From the NCBI GenBank assembly GCA_904063045.1, contig CAJFCJ010000019.1:920570-984569 (forward strand): a stretch of DNA of 64,000 nucleotides, read 5' to 3'. Under the pieces are notes generated by a model. That model saw only the letters and a list, made by a program, of their open reading frames with translations, was not told where the DNA came from and made no database searches. Origin of the DNA: Dimorphilus gyrociliatus. Lineage: Eukaryota > Animalia > Annelida. Made by a program: the position numbers and the translations under genes. Positions 63,201 through 64,000 of the stretch are shown in pieces. Every line of letters starts with the position of its first letter. Position 1 is the first letter of the stretch.

Positions 63201-64000
63201 TAGGCTTTAATTGATAAATTTTCACCTAATTCTGGTTGTACCATTTGGAAAATCATCCAAAATTAAACCCATCGAGCCGAAAAATAATAAGTAGGGCAAT
63301 ATAGGCTTGAATTTCCAGACGCTTCATCAATCCTTTGGTAGAGTTAAAGGTTCGATAAGGAAATTTACACTTTACGCTTCGGCAGAGCCAACTTCCGCCG
63401 TACAACTGCCAACGCTTTTCAAGAATACAAGGGACGATTGTAAAAGACCTAACAGCAGGACAATAACTAGCATTTTCCTTAGCAAGACAAATCAGCATGG
63501 AGCTTAACTTTAGTCAAAACTAGTCTCTATATTAGGGGCTTGTAAATTACAGCTATTTATGGGAATTTGAGCATAAGTTCGCTCTTTAATTTCAATTTTA
63601 TTCATACTATAATCAACTTTTTATTCACTTCTTCTTTCCAATATGGACGATATGAAAAATAATGTTTAACTGTATCAGCTTATTCAATAGATAACTTTGA
63701 ATAATAATATAATAGATGAATAAAAACAAAGATTAATATAGATATTATAAACTGGTAACGCTCGCTTGATGCGGTATATTCGTTGAAAGAAAAAAAACCG
63801 ATTAAAGGATTTAAAACAATAATTGATAAGGATATCCGTAATATTCTTTTAATATATGAAACAGAAATAGCTAAATATATATTGTTTTTCTATATAAATA
63901 GAAAGATACTCTATATTTTTAGTATATAAGTTAACTAGTTCTGATATAACGTTAGCCAGTACCAACATTAAGTGCCTTTTATTGTAACGGTTGAGAGTTA

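Noticed and set aside
63377-63388. GCTTCGGCAG matching the U6 5' stem
   Set aside because: Only 10 nt match; the rest of U6 (ACAGAGA box) is absent.
1-64000. Prokaryotic systems (CRISPR, operons, IS elements), rRNA, tRNA, intact transposons
   Set aside because: The DNA is intron-containing eukaryotic sequence. I saw no repeat-spacer array, A/B-box tRNA, rRNA signature, or transposase/RT ORF.

Overview
This is AT-rich, gene-dense eukaryotic DNA with mostly 50-100 bp GT-AG introns. The gene content suggests a compact-genome lophotrochozoan, resembling the meiofaunal annelid Dimorphilus gyrociliatus, but I cannot confirm the species. I built gene models by hand from the splice sites. In order: the 3' part of ATM; a complete 38-exon usherin (USH2A, ~5,210 aa, ending in the DTHL PDZ motif); an N-acylated globin with an atypical heme pocket; a claudin/PMP22-like gene; a secreted 2xvWA protein; two small spliced minus-strand membrane-protein genes missed by the ORF track (an unknown 73-aa protein and a UQCC3-like 70-aa protein); a Deltex/DTX3L-like E3 ligase with a degenerate DTC domain; furin with two possible C-termini; EEF2KMT; NTPCR; TDRD5; GID8; brainiac (GT31); POLR2F; RALGPS; and Olig, followed by >5 kb of motif-rich non-coding DNA. 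I see no CRISPR array, rRNA, tRNA or intact transposon. The best leads are the two hidden microgenes, the His(CD1)/Ser(E7) globin, the pseudo-catalytic Deltex, the GID8-brainiac arrangement (86 bp apart, extra splice acceptor), the possibly GPI-anchored furin isoform, and recurrent CTCF/YY1-like promoter motifs. All alignments are by eye and from memory; no database searches were run.
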